Origin: Setoptus koraiensis | Lineage: Eukaryota; Animalia; Arthropoda | Reading direction: 5' to 3' | Assembly (NCBI GenBank): GCA_048013815.1 | Contig: CM106585.1 | Span: forward strand, 22,940,001 to 23,004,000 | DNA: 64,000 nucleotides | Part shown: positions 16,687 to 29,666 of the stretch, in pieces | Numbering within the stretch: the stretch's first letter is position 1 | Layout: each line of letters opens with the position of its first letter | Position numbers and translations under genes: made by a program | Notes under the pieces: generated by a model | What the model was told of the DNA's origin: nothing | The model's input: the letters and a program-made list of their open reading frames with translations, nothing else | The model's database searches: none

Positions 16687-17389
16687 CTAATCAAGTCTAC
16701 GTCGTTTTTTAGTATTCTTCTTCAGCACTCCAGCCGAGAAATTGAATTTCTGTAAATTAATCGGAGAAGATGCACGATCAATCATTAAAGGTGTGTCATC
16801 TCTTGTCTGAGCCTCGGTGATCATGTTGCACATGACTGCTCTACTAACAGACGCCACTCTGTAGCTACAGCTTTTGTTTTTTTTTTCAGTGCAACCATCT
16901 TGAAATTTGATAGGCTCCGTTTGACATTCTTTAGTCGCCAGGGCCGGGAGCACTGGTGAATTCCTCACAGTGGATGTCACCGAGGGCTGATTTGTGTTGC
17001 TGAGTGTATTGGCTTGTTGAGTTGATTCCAGGGCTGGAGGGTCAGTGGTGATGATTTGACTCTGTGTTTCACAAATAATATCGGGACTTGAATTATTGAG
17101 TTCCGAAATCATTTGTGTTGGTGGTGCCTCATAGGCAAAACTCAGCACTGGCCTCTGAGGTGGTTGTATTATTGGCCTCATTAACATTTCGCGTAGGGGT
17201 GCGTCATTGGTCTGATGCTGAAGATTATGCCGTATTGTTGTATACGGTTGTTGCTGTCGTTGTTGTTGTAAATGTGGTTGTGGTTGTGGTTGTAGCTGTA
17301 GTTGTAGTTGTAGTTGTTGTTGATGCTGCTGCTGCTGCTGCTGTTGTTGTTGTTGTTGTTGTTGCTGCTGCTGTTGTTGTTGTTGTTGT

Positions 17390-17421
<32 letters not shown>

Positions 17422-18069
17422 TTGATGCTGCTGCTGCTGTTGTAGCTGTTGTTGCAACTGTTGTTGCAGCTGTTGTTGTTGTTGTAATTGCAATTGTTGT
17501 TGCATTTGTAGTTGTTGCTGTTGGTGCTGCTGTTGGTGCTGTTGCGGGTGCTGGTGCTGGTGCTGCTGTTGCTGTTGCGGAAAAACATTTCTCACCTGCT
17601 GTGGCGTTGTTTGAGGCGGATAGCTAAATTGTTGAGTTGCCTGGTTGTTGCTCTGCTGCAAAGGGACAGCGGGATTAAAAGAAGCAACTCGAGGTGTCGC
17701 ATATCGTGTCAACCTCGTTGGAGTTAAAAGAATGGCCCTTGGCTGGTATGGCCTTATTTGCGTTGAACCACTATATGTGTACTGGGCGGTCGTCTGTGAC
17801 TGGACGGGCATGTTATTAATATTGTGCTGTGGTCTTGTTTGATCATTGATGTTGCTAACATATTGATGCAGCACTTGTGGCTGACTGCTAGCATATTGAG
17901 GCTGATTTGGTGCACAGCAGGTGTTCGATAGAGCCTCCGCCATGCTGGATGGACCCCGACTATTCATGTTGGGAGCAACAGTCGTCATTTCAATTGGAGG
18001 TGAGGAATATTCCGGTGTTTTGAAAATACTTGTAACGTCCGGGGTATAATCGTGCCCTTCGGAGGCCAT
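16687..18069 (-). CDS. Uncharacterised poly-Q, low-complexity protein with a basic C-terminal NLS-like motif
   Basis: Open frame of 460 codons from the first ATG (18069); the frame is open from about 18165. Long CAA/CAG tract at about 17250-17580 and C-terminal KKNTKKRRR. No domain recognised. Confidence 0.7.
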
Positions 18070-20354
18070 CTCGTTAGATATTTTGGCTGTTTGTATTTGT
18101 TGAGTTTTGAGTTGTTGCTTGACATGCCGTTCCACAGAACGACCCAAACGAATATATAAATATTTCTAAATAAGTGGCAACTGTTACCATTGGTTGTAAG
18201 TAATTGAGGAAATTATTGTGAATATGTTAAGTGAAATACGCGTAATAATATGAGATCTAATTTGAGAGGGAAAACAATCCATTTACCATAATCTGCATTT
18301 GTCTGGCTCACATGTTTGTTTCTAAACAATAGTACAGTGTACATACGATATATACCATGCACTACACTGTAACAATAATACTGTTTTGTTCCATTATAGT
18401 TTATGCGCATGCGTCGAGAAGCCCGCTATTTTCAAACAACAATAAATGCGATCGCGGGAGATGCATAATACTGTATTTGTGCCCGCTCCCACACGCCGCT
18501 TGCCGAAAAATTTCTCCCGTGTGCCCCAATCACAATAATCGTTGGTAACTGTTAACACCAGCATGACTTGGTGACAATACGGCGACGCAATGAAATTGGC
18601 CAAAAATCGTTTTTCGAATGAGCCCATTGGTGTAGCTGCAACGACCATTGTGTATCCCTATCATTTGATCAGCACCTTTTCCTCTGGTATTCGTTCAGTC
18701 TGTATGATTCTCGGCCACTCGTACGCCTTTGGCGCCTCATACCCGTCTCGATTTTATACCGATTACCGTGTTCGATTACAGGAGGTGCATCAATGAAAGA
18801 TTGTGACTGACATCGGAGGATGGGAGTGCACCGGCCGGAAGTGACCTCTCTCCCCATTCAAGCAACAAATGTAGCACGATATTGTTGCTTTCATGCATTC
18901 AACCACAAGGGAAGGAATCGGGTGCCTCTCCTCTTTGGTCAGCTTACTTTGTTAGAGAGGTTCTATGAGAAAAGTGTGTTCTCAAGACAAGACACGCAGC
19001 AAAAATTCATTGCATCAATGTACAATCATTAATAAAATAGAGCATAAGTAAAGTAGAGCAGGCCAGAACATGTATGCCATAGAAAGATGACGATAACTCT
19101 CTTGAGCGTATATTCAATGTTTGTGTAGCAGAAACGGATCAATTTCAATTTAATTGCTGTTTGAATGTCTCATGCCCAATCTATTCATGTGCTCGAGTCC
19201 GTTTGTGTTGAAGAGGGCTGATAAATTGATATCCGTGTACAAGGACACACGACTACTCCGACGGAAAATCCCTCGTGGGCGGCAAACGCTCTCCCCCTCA
19301 CTATTTCTGCAATCCTTTGCCCACGAGATGCGATCGCTTGCAGTAGGAGTACACAAAGGGGCACACAAAGGACGTAGCACATCCCTTCTGAGACCCACGG
19401 CAACGACTGTATCTATTCACCTGTGAATACTCTGAATCGATTGTCGATATTCAACTGTGTCGGCCCGGTGAGCATGCTGCCGATTAGTCGTCGAGGATGA
19501 ATCATCACACAGGAAATACAACAAAAATATAATCTGCACTGTAGTTTGTATACCTCGCAGTGTACTGCTGGCATTTTGTTAACAAGTTCCTCAGTACATG
19601 TAAATATATCTGGCAGGTAAAGAAGAAAATCGTTGATCGTTTTTGGCGCGTTCTAACTGCTAACAAAGTGTGTTTTATTTGTTGGAACAGGCGCCAATTT
19701 TATTTCAGCAGATTCACACGTATCGTTGTTGCCAACCGATCGCCCGACAAACCCGATCTTCAGTGGTATTTTGGGTCGTCGGGTTGGTTCAGTTGTTTGG
19801 GTTGATTGGTTGGCTTGTCGGTTAATTGTACTAAATAGCCATGTGAGCTAATCCTAAAATCGGCGGACGACATCGCAATCTCATGTTAAATTGCAAATGC
19901 CAAAGACAAACCAAGCGCTAGACTTCGTACGCTCTTAAATCCATAATTAAATAAAGCGATTAGATAGTCGCCATCAGAGACATTCGTTTCGTCTGCGATA
20001 AGATTTATGGAGCCATAAATTTGATGAGAAGAGCAACGCGATAAAGTTAATTGTTTTATCAGTATTGATCATTTTACAAAACGAATGCTAAATGAGCACC
20101 AACTTATAAGTAGTTTGTTTACACACGTAAGCTCATTATGTAGGCCGCAAATTTGTGGTAGCAATTACATGCTGAATTGTCGTATTTATTGTCATATCAA
20201 CAAAGAGATAATAATAAGATTGAGGACATAATAGAGAAAGAGAGAAACTATACAAAAGTATCATGATATTGCATTTTCGTCTTGTATGTTAGGTATATAT
20301 ACGAACACCACTTGTATAGCCTGAATACAACTTTGTTGAAGAATATATGAGATA

Positions 20355-23300
20355 TCAGTGGTGATAATGTTTTGATTGTCTCATCTTGGGTGATTCGAAA
20401 TCTCTTTTAGCATTTTGCAAATCAATCAAGTCTGTTGGATTTGTTTGTATGGCTTGTGATATAAAATAGAAGTTGTCTAAATCTAGAGCAGACGACGAAG
20501 ACGATGATGATGAAGATTGTGACAAAAATGGTGTAGGTGTCGCAACTGCCGACCAATCTAGATCTGCTGACTTAGCTAAATGGTCTGCATTACTTTTATC
20601 ATCATTATTCTCAAACCTCTCTAATTTCATCATCATTGTGGTTGTAGACTTGTCTTCGTCTTTCCTGTTAAATTCATCATTGCGTTGCTCGTTATTAAGC
20701 GATTGTCCAGATCCATGTTGAACAGAATGTTGCTGTTGTAATTGCTGATCTATTGGTCTATAGTTGTTGAAAGATGATAGCATGTGCTCGCTAGATGATG
20801 GTTTTTGTTGTGAAATTAGAATAGTTGATGCGTCTTTATTGATAAAGTTGCTAGTTCTATTAGTATTAGTTGAGCTTGTAGTTTTATTGTGGTTGTTGTT
20901 GCTGGTGATGTTGCTGCTGCTGTTGTTGTTTAAGTTAGATTGCAAATTTAAATCTTTTGGTGCGTTGTCAGTATTTGTCCAATTTGTACTTTGTGAGGCC
21001 ATCATCTCAATTTGTGGTTTGATAGTTAAACTATCCGTTATGGTAAATATTTGCTTGTTGGAATTACTATTACTGTCCTTTTGACTATTATCTGTTGGTA
21101 ACATAGCGTTGGCATTATTACTACTAGTAGTAATACTACCGCTAGTATCAATGTTATCTAAATCCTTAGCATCATTTGCTAGACTAACTACTGTGTTATT
21201 TGAACGAACCGAAAATAAATTTGTGTCTGGCAGCGAATAATTAATAGTATCATTATTCTCACGTTGTTTGACACCACCGCCATTATCATCTATTGCTACT
21301 TTGTTGTTTGTATAGTTGTTGTTGTTCATTAGTGTTGATGTACCATTATTACTATTATTGTTATTATCACTGACCATAGCACGATCAAATGTGCTGACTA
21401 TGCCGGATTCGGCAGATGTCAAGTAGGTTATTTCTCCAGTGGGTAATGGCGGCAACTTGTTCCTGTTAGTGGAGCTAATTAGTTTAGAGGATTGAGATAA
21501 TGGACTTTTTTGTTTATAAAAAACCATTGAACCATGGCGCGTTGTATCAACCACAGGAACTAAACTCACTTCGCCATTCGAGCTACTATCACTATCATAC
21601 TCAGGGGCATTTCCATCATCAACTTTATTGCCAGTGAAATTGCCACGCTGGTTATTATTAGAGTCATTCGTTACACCATCATCTTGATGATGATAATTAA
21701 AGGATTTAAATTGCTCGTTCGTTCGTTGTGGTTTATTCGGCGTTGATGAAGCCATGAGAATTGGCGGCATATGATTCTGGTTGGTGTCAGTTTGCATATA
21801 GTTTATATTGATAATTGAAGGATTCAGATTCGCAAATTTATCATTGGAACTAGTCTTTGGCCACGATTTAGGGTATGACATTGAGACCGAAGGCCAAGTC
21901 TCTAACAGCTCACGGGAGTCGCTTTCTTTAGCTGACTCTGTTCCACTTGTCATGGATGATTTGAATGATTTAGTCTTCAAACTATTGTTGTTAGTGATAA
22001 TCGGTGTGCCTTTTGACATGTCTCTGTTAGAGGCTGCAAAAGAAGTAGCAGATAACTTGTCCTTATGGCCGCCATTGCCATCTTCTTTCGTTGGCCATTG
22101 CGGAGGTCTAGATCGTGTTGCAGCACTTTGCTTAGATTGATTATTGTCAATAAACTTAGTGCTGTCATTATTACCCTCTTTTGTAGTAGTAGATTCGTTT
22201 AGATTATCATCTCTAGTTGGTGTTGTCGGATTAGGAGCGCTTGACTTTGAAGATCCCAGCTTCACCGTAACAGAGGACGGATTGAAAATATTGGCCTTAC
22301 CACTATTACTACTACTGTAATCGTGATGTCTAGATGAAGCAAGGCTAATTTTATTTCTCTCTTTTGTTGCGCTTGATTGTTTAGATGGATTCAACATTGA
22401 TGCTTTACCTAGATATTTACGAGACACATTGCTTGTTAGTGGTCCAACATTTATAGTCGAATTATGGGCTTCATCGAGCGATTTAATAGTTTCTGTATTG
22501 GCTTCTTCCAATGATGTGTCTCTATCTTTATCTGGAATAGACGCATCAACGTTATAATCGTCGTCGTAAATCATATGCGATGCAATTGTTGTAGCTGTTG
22601 GCCCATCATTATGTTGTTCTTTAGATGTAACTAATATACTAAGTTTATGTTGGCCAGACAAATTTTTAACTGAATTACTTTTAGTTTGGCCCGAATCAAT
22701 GAACTGCTGTTTTACAGAAGTCACTAATTGACCATTCTTTAATTTGTTATTTTTAATTGTCTCACCATTAGTATTGGTGCCCTTGATTTCTCTGTATTCA
22801 AACTCTCGTAAGTGTTTGTTTTGATTTTGTTGTCGCTGTTGTTGCTGTCGTCTAACCTGGATGGGTATATCAATTTTATCATCAATGGTGAATTGTATGA
22901 ACTCACCATCACTTGGAGCTAGCTTTGAAGGATAAATAGATTCCATTTGGGAATATATGCTAGCTTTATGATTATTAGAACTGTCTCTATTTTGATTATT
23001 TCGTTGATCATCTAATTGTTGATTCGATTTGGACGACAACTGATCGGATACTGAAGAGGGATCATCATTTTCTTGTTTTATTAAAGTTTCCTCTTGATTG
23101 ATATGTAATTGATTTGCAGAGCCAATACTTTTTGATACACTAGTAGGCGATAGCGACACCAATCGTTCGGGCTTTGGGGGGCTCGACTTTTTATAATCAT
23201 TACTCTTTGGTTTGCGTGAATTTTGTTTATATTGTTGGGTGCCAATTTTCGAATTTTCTTGACTACCTGCAGTAAGATGCTTGACAGGATGTTGTGGGAT

Positions 23301-25250
23301 AAGCGGATCTTCATTGCCTGGAATTTGTTTAGCAACAGTGGCCTGTTGCTGCTGATCTTGATTGATCACCTGATTGTCCAAACCAATATTCTCTTGATAA
23401 AAGTTTTGGTTATTGTTATTGATGTTATTGTTGTTGCTGTCATCAGTTATAGGGATGTTTGACACATAAACTGGCTCTATTTGAGTTCCATATGTTGGTC
23501 TTATTGTGCTCGCGAGTTGTTGTTGCTGAAATTCTGGTGCCATATGATGATGTATGCAAATAAAGCCGTCATGATAATGAACTTGGTTATTGGCTTGATT
23601 GAGGTGCTTAGGACGCTGTTGGTATTGTTGATTTTCCATTGAATACAAAGTAGATAAAGTAACGGGAGGTGGTGTTGTCGTTGTTGTGCTACTAGTAGTA
23701 CTAGCAATAGAAGATATCAATGCTGACGGCCTCAACATAGAGATCAGTTTTGACGCATAAGACATTGGTGTTGTCGAACCTGTTTTTTTGAAATAACCAT
23801 TGATTGCGCTGTTATGGTTTAGTTGCATCGACGGGTGATATGGTTGACTTTGTGGCATCGGTATGATAGTGGCATAATCATTGGAAGTTGGCGGTGAAAT
23901 CTCTTGCATGGCATAAAAACTAGATGGATTGTCTTGTGTTTGTTGTTCACCTGTTGATGTAATTAATTGACGCACATTGATCAATTCCGTTTGGCTTTGG
24001 GGATCCACAATAGTTGCACCTTGTGGCAACGGCCCATTAGTGGTCAATCTTATAAACTGAGGCCTATGTGTCTGATACACTGACAAACTGATTGGTATTG
24101 GTGCTACAGTCAAGCTTGGTTCAGTTGTTGTGGCAACTGAATTTGAAGCGGCCGTCGTTGTGCTGGTTGTTGATTGATTCTCTTGTTGTTGTTGACCCGC
24201 TGACAGCTGCTGTAGGCGAGCTAGCGAATCTGGCCCAGATGACGATGAAGAGGTAGGTGATTGCGACTTTTGCAATTGATCAGCGGGTACATTGACCACA
24301 ACAGGTACATACTTGATAACTGTCACGAGCCGAGGTCTTTGATTGGTGAGGGACGAAGAAGACGGCAAAGAAGCACCCGACTTCCTAGGTGCTGCTAGGT
24401 AATACATGGATGAATAGACAGGCGAATTGATGGCTGAAGCATAACTTGTACCTGGTGCAATCTTTAAACTATTGATAGACATGGAACCTAAATGATCGCC
24501 TTTGCTATTTGCATCTTCTGTATCGTGTCTATACAGATTATTTTCGTCTGGTAACCGTGTCATATTACGACTATTTTGAGTGATGCCAATAAAATCATAC
24601 AAATTCTTTTGCTCGTTAACATGATGAGGCTGTTGTGGCTGATTTTGTCTTACTACACCTGACCTAGTCAATCTGGGATTCAATTGAGTAGTGAGGCCTG
24701 ATTGTGTTATAGTAAACGGTCTATTTGAACTTAAAGCTAAAATGGATGATTGTTTTGGCAAGTTGGTTAAAGCACTGGCTGGCAAAATCGAGATAGGTAT
24801 GGAATATTGGGTTCGAGGATCAGGTTGTGACCAATACAATTGTCGTTGATCTTTACTAACTTTCTCTTGGTTGGCACCGCCAAAAACGGTGAAAAAATTA
24901 GACAATTGGGCTGAATAGTCCAGTTTGGATGGCAGTGATCGTTGTTGTATCTCTGTTGGGCCTCTCACAGAGTCGAATCTATCCTGAATTGGTGCTCCAT
25001 TGATAAAACTATTTTCATCTTGATTGATGTGTTGTGCCCGATAGTTCAATGTAGAGCGACCATTTAAATCAATCAAATTAATTGGGGCGTCTGCACTAGC
25101 TTCACCCTTCACTTTTGGCCTATAAGTTCGCTGAGATTCACCGATAGTAGATTTCATTACAAGGTATCGGTCGAAAGATGATTGTTGTTGGAATGAAAAT
25201 TGGCTTGTATTCAGTAATAAGAACAATATTAGATACGTTGATTGTTGCAT
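20355..25250 (-). CDS. Large secreted low-complexity (N/S/Q/T-rich) orphan protein, 1631 aa, single exon
   Basis: 4.9-kb uninterrupted ORF with a hydrophobic N-terminus (YLILFLLLNTSQFSF) resembling a signal peptide. No recognisable domain. Confidence 0.8.
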   Translation of the reverse strand: MQQSTYLILFLLLNTSQFSFQQQSSFDRYLVMKSTIGESQRTYRPKVKGEASADAPINLIDLNGRSTLNYRAQHINQDENSFINGAPIQDRFDSVRGPTEIQQRSLPSKLDYSAQLSNFFTVFGGANQEKVSKDQRQLYWSQPDPRTQYSIPISILPASALTNLPKQSSILALSSNRPFTITQSGLTTQLNPRLTRSGVVRQNQPQQPHHVNEQKNLYDFIGITQNSRNMTRLPDENNLYRHDTEDANSKGDHLGSMSINSLKIAPGTSYASAINSPVYSSMYYLAAPRKSGASLPSSSSLTNQRPRLVTVIKYVPVVVNVPADQLQKSQSPTSSSSSGPDSLARLQQLSAGQQQQENQSTTSTTTAASNSVATTTEPSLTVAPIPISLSVYQTHRPQFIRLTTNGPLPQGATIVDPQSQTELINVRQLITSTGEQQTQDNPSSFYAMQEISPPTSNDYATIIPMPQSQPYHPSMQLNHNSAINGYFKKTGSTTPMSYASKLISMLRPSALISSIASTTSSTTTTTPPPVTLSTLYSMENQQYQQRPKHLNQANNQVHYHDGFICIHHHMAPEFQQQQLASTIRPTYGTQIEPVYVSNIPITDDSNNNNINNNNQNFYQENIGLDNQVINQDQQQQATVAKQIPGNEDPLIPQHPVKHLTAGSQENSKIGTQQYKQNSRKPKSNDYKKSSPPKPERLVSLSPTSVSKSIGSANQLHINQEETLIKQENDDPSSVSDQLSSKSNQQLDDQRNNQNRDSSNNHKASIYSQMESIYPSKLAPSDGEFIQFTIDDKIDIPIQVRRQQQQRQQNQNKHLREFEYREIKGTNTNGETIKNNKLKNGQLVTSVKQQFIDSGQTKSNSVKNLSGQHKLSILVTSKEQHNDGPTATTIASHMIYDDDYNVDASIPDKDRDTSLEEANTETIKSLDEAHNSTINVGPLTSNVSRKYLGKASMLNPSKQSSATKERNKISLASSRHHDYSSSNSGKANIFNPSSVTVKLGSSKSSAPNPTTPTRDDNLNESTTTKEGNNDSTKFIDNNQSKQSAATRSRPPQWPTKEDGNGGHKDKLSATSFAASNRDMSKGTPIITNNNSLKTKSFKSSMTSGTESAKESDSRELLETWPSVSMSYPKSWPKTSSNDKFANLNPSIININYMQTDTNQNHMPPILMASSTPNKPQRTNEQFKSFNYHHQDDGVTNDSNNNQRGNFTGNKVDDGNAPEYDSDSSSNGEVSLVPVVDTTRHGSMVFYKQKSPLSQSSKLISSTNRNKLPPLPTGEITYLTSAESGIVSTFDRAMVSDNNNNSNNGTSTLMNNNNYTNNKVAIDDNGGGVKQRENNDTINYSLPDTNLFSVRSNNTVVSLANDAKDLDNIDTSGSITTSSNNANAMLPTDNSQKDSNSNSNKQIFTITDSLTIKPQIEMMASQSTNWTNTDNAPKDLNLQSNLNNNSSSNITSNNNHNKTTSSTNTNRTSNFINKDASTILISQQKPSSSEHMLSSFNNYRPIDQQLQQQHSVQHGSGQSLNNEQRNDEFNRKDEDKSTTTMMMKLERFENNDDKSNADHLAKSADLDWSAVATPTPFLSQSSSSSSSSSALDLDNFYFISQAIQTNPTDLIDLQNAKRDFESPKMRQSKHYHH

Positions 25251-27952
25251 GGTTGCTTGTTGTGTATACTTGATTTATGCTAATTAATTTGATACTAACA
25301 CTAACTATAAACTTGTAATTCGCAACTTGCAACCTCTCAGTATTTTATGTCTGTCGAGATATAAGACATATGAATGATGTTTAATTAACACGATGAATCG
25401 CAAACAATTATAAATATTAGGCAGATGGATGTTGCCAACTATCAATAGTAATGATTCGTATTCTCGAGGAGAATTATCTTGTTAGTAATTTATCCAAGTA
25501 TTCCGATTGCAAATTACTTTCGAATAGATGAAGTAAAAGTGTCTTGGCGCTACACAGTTTTACATTTTACCTTGTTCATTCTTGTTGATGGAATAATCTT
25601 TCACTTACTAACTGGAAATATCTTGAATAATAGGGAAATAGACTCTCATCTTTGTTTACTAACTTCAGAGTATGTTTGCAATGAGTGCTTCATCTGGTGT
25701 TAAGTAGCAATAAAAATCGGTTTGATTTAACTGAATTGTTTGCCAGTGTTTTTAACTCTGCTGTTGGAATCGTTCTTTCTCTCGAATCTCCTCTGGAACT
25801 TGTTGATATCTCTATCATCATCGAGAGAATAGAGAATGGAGTTAGTTAGGTATTCTTGTCTCTTGTTCATGTAGGGTTGTCTTTCCACGACAAAACCATA
25901 AGCAAAGTGGCGGTATCTGGAATGAACGGAAATTTGTTAGTCCCTGTCATCAAGTTCGTGCCATGAGCATGACGATTTTATCACTAACAAATCAATGAAT
26001 TTGTTTTCGAGCCAACTAATAATTGAACAATGCTGGTTGCTCGGCTGACCGACTGCCAATACCTAGGTTATTTTCACGCTTACCAATTGAAGGATAATCG
26101 TGGATGGGGGTATAGATTTTATAATGTGTTGTTGTTTACTTTATTATTGTCCAACGCCTCATCCAACAAAATCAACAACTACCACCACTAGCGACGAAGA
26201 CGATTCTAATATGTACCTGACATAAGCGTTAAATGTTAACGGCGTGTTTATTGTTGGTGAAGTTGTTGTTAATATTGTTGACCACCACTTGACTCTCAAG
26301 TGAGAAGACTCGACCGGTACTTTTGCCGTTGTTGTTGTTGCTATTGGTTAAAATGTTATAGCTAGACACAAAGAAAAGTTAACGCTTCTATTTGTAGTGG
26401 ATGCGCACACATTTTTCAACTAGTTAACTCTGTTATGTAACGTTACGTCCAATTTAAAATTACAACCTAGCTGTCTTGTTGGTTAGCTACCTGGGCTTGC
26501 TGGTTATGGTTTAATGATGGCCATTCTATCACGCTCGCTTGCAAATTGTGAATCGATAATTGATGATGCTCTTCTGATGATGAAATCAATTGTTTTTTTT
26601 TTCTTCTTATTTTTTCTTTCTCTTCTGTTAACTCTGACCAATGTTTTGCTTTGTTTTAATTTAGCCACTTGACTAGAGGCACACTATTAACAATTACGCG
26701 ACATAGGTTATTAATGTAACTTGATGATGGTTCGTTCTAAAGAGCAACCACAACTAGAATAAAGTTGTTGTTGCACAGTGCTAAGATTACTATTATGACT
26801 ATATTTGTTCTAGCTCCCTTGCACAACTTCTAGTATGAGACACCGACAAAACTTTCATACTTATCTGAAGAGTAACAGGATGAGCATATTTGTGAAGCAT
26901 CCACTACTTTTTGTTGTTGTTGCTCTTCTACCTAAACGAAGCTGGTTTACACAATCAAGCACATTGTTCTACTTCTAGCAAGGCCAACAACAAAGTAGTA
27001 AGAATAAGCAATGAGAGAGGATATAGAATAAGATTTTTGCCTGTGTGACAATCTCACTCTCTAAATAGGTAATCTGAGGAGACCGTAGGGGAAAAAGAAT
27101 GCTTCAGTCTGTCTAGCTAATTTCTCTTCAGGATGACAAATTATACTTTATCTTTTATCACATAACAGCATCATCATACAGCATCCAGCTTTACTAGTAT
27201 CAATAAGCTTGGAAACAAGATTTGTGTTGCTAACACGAACTAGTCCGACATGCACAAGCGAGAGCTCTCTTACTCAATTTGGTTTCTCTCATCGCTCCTA
27301 TCATTTAATTCATGATCATCCCAACAACCACACCGTCTTTGTCCGAGGCAAAGAATGAGCGGAAAATTGTGAACAAAGAGCTATCCAATTGAGCGTATAT
27401 CAAGATGAAAAACCTGATCTCTCTCTCTCTCTCTCTCTCTCTCACTTGCATCACATGCCGTTGTCATACAATTTATACTAATTTAAACGCAACCGAGCCA
27501 AAGAATTCAAAAGTATTACAACTGAGATTTCGCAGAGTTCAAACCCTAGCTAGCCTGTTCTCACTATTTTACAGAGATTACATGATTAAGGGCACGCTAA
27601 CATCTTCTCGTCCAGTTAGTTGTATATTTACCTTTCCGTTCAGACCTTTCGCTCTCTTTTTTGCACAGTAAAACGGCACGATCTATGACAATGCCACAGG
27701 CGTCTAACTAAATTTAGACACACAGCAACTAACGATGTTAGGTAACAAAGCTAACAGTTCATGACAAGTTTTAGTGGTTAATTACTTCTTCTTTTTCACC
27801 TTATTTATTCTGATCTTAAGTGTTCGATTTATTCAATTTTCTAATCACATATAAAACATCATATCTATATTACATGAATCTATACAAGGTGATTTATTAT
27901 ACTATGGTATATGTGTTAGAATCTATCTGTGAGAGTCGAAGTATCCAAATAT

Positions 27953-28921
27953 CTATAGCGCGGTTACTCTCTTCACGTAGTCTGGTGTTGCCATTACATA
28001 GATATCTTCTACTTTGAACAGTGGGCCAGCATATTTATTAAGGTATCTCACGAGTTCGTGTATATGTCCGACGATACTTGCTATGGAATCATCCTTTAAA
28101 TATACATACTTAAGCAAAGGACCTATCCTTGTCAACAGCCTAAGTAAATGTGTTATACCATATATCGAGGCTGGACTTGTCTCCTTGCCATGATCTTTCA
28201 ATATGTTCTGATATTGTGGTCTCTCAAATTTGTATAACAATTGAGGGCCTAACATCACATCAAAATAGTCTGTGAGTCCGTGTGTCATTTCTGACAATAT
28301 CAATTCTTTCTCAGTGGACAATTTACTAACAGATTTTTTGTGTTTTACAAAGTCCTTTAATATGGTTTGAACATTGGGTTTCGCTGGCAAAAGTGCCAGT
28401 CGTTTTTGTTTGATTTGATTCTCATCATCTATGAGCCATCCGATAATTTCTTCAGATAGTTTGATCTTCACCTCAGGTCTTATCTTTTCTAATTTTGATG
28501 GCTGTTGTGAGTCCTCATCGCCTGAGGCCGGTAATGAATCAGAGACTGATTCGGTTTTTTCTTGGTTGATAGCAGCTGTTGAGGGCGTTGCATCGCCAAC
28601 ATTTGATCCAAGCGTCGAATCAGCTAATGATGTGTTTTGATTAGAATTTTTCTTCTTTTTACTTTTTGGGGCTGCCGATTGTGCAGCGTCTGACTGCAAT
28701 TTCTTTTGGAGATTCAAATTTGTTTCGTTATATTTTAGAAGTCTTTCTTCGGCGACCCATTCGTCCCAATTTTTGTTCCATCCCTGGTAATGTATCTTGT
28801 ATGGTCTGTTTTCCTCATGGTTAATGTTGGTCTCTATACATTTGGCCTCATAGATTAAATGGTTATGGTAACAGAGCAATCTTTCTCCTACTTCAAATTT
28901 GAGTTTACCTTTTTTGACCAT
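27953..28921 (-). CDS. MORF4L1: MRG15 / mortality factor 4-like (chromo-barrel plus MRG domain)
   Basis: FEVGERLLCYH..IYEAKC..HYQGWNKNWDEWV chromo-barrel; MRG domain LLYKFERPQY and IYGITHLLRL. Confidence 0.96.
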   Translation of the reverse strand: MVKKGKLKFEVGERLLCYHNHLIYEAKCIETNINHEENRPYKIHYQGWNKNWDEWVAEERLLKYNETNLNLQKKLQSDAAQSAAPKSKKKKNSNQNTSLADSTLGSNVGDATPSTAAINQEKTESVSDSLPASGDEDSQQPSKLEKIRPEVKIKLSEEIIGWLIDDENQIKQKRLALLPAKPNVQTILKDFVKHKKSVSKLSTEKELILSEMTHGLTDYFDVMLGPQLLYKFERPQYQNILKDHGKETSPASIYGITHLLRLLTRIGPLLKYVYLKDDSIASIVGHIHELVRYLNKYAGPLFKVEDIYVMATPDYVKRVTAL

Positions 28922-29666
28922 TGTGGATTGTATTGTTAGAATATAAGTTGATACTAAAAAGCTAATTATGAATGAGACTTGATTGTTCGTATACTACGAT
29001 GGGCCGAATTGTTCTTTCAGGGGTCAGAGGCAGTGTTATAATTTGCGTGATAATTTCAAGCGCGTAGATTGAATTCATCAATTCAGAATAACAGTGTGAT
29101 GTTCTCGCGACAGATGTCGCCACAACTCAACATCGCTGTAGACTGCCCAAATCACACATTTGTATCTCACAATCTTGTCAGACTAGTCTGACAGTCACAA
29201 CTTGGTACGTCGAATACTTGATGATTCAAGACCTCTTGAAACTCGAAGAATCGAGAAGCAGGCCAGCAGAGTATGTACGATCGGAATTGGTGAACACAGG
29301 ATGTTTGACCATTGCGACAGTCTGGTTAAAGAAGTCTGTGACGTAGGGCTAACAAATACGTATGTAAATATTCTTCTGACAATTGTTGGAATCCGACTGG
29401 ACAGCGTATGCATTGCATGCGCTCTTTGCTCCCTTTGGAGCGCCCCCACAAAATCCGCCGCTAGAGGCGCTATCTCTGTTCATCCAGTTTCTACATATTG
29501 TGCACTCGGAAATGCATTCAGACTGAATGATTCAGTGCAACGTGATGAATCACTTGGTATACAAGCACATTTAATAAAGCTTGATTTTTTCATCATGTAA
29601 TCCGGCCCACATTTTATTCGACAAAATTTCACATAAATTGTTTGTCTTTTACCTCAGTATCAAGCA

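Noticed and set aside
17115-17627. Poly-Val/Ala (+) and poly-Asn/Ser (-) ORFs
   Set aside because: Alternate frames of the CAA/CAG poly-Q tract.
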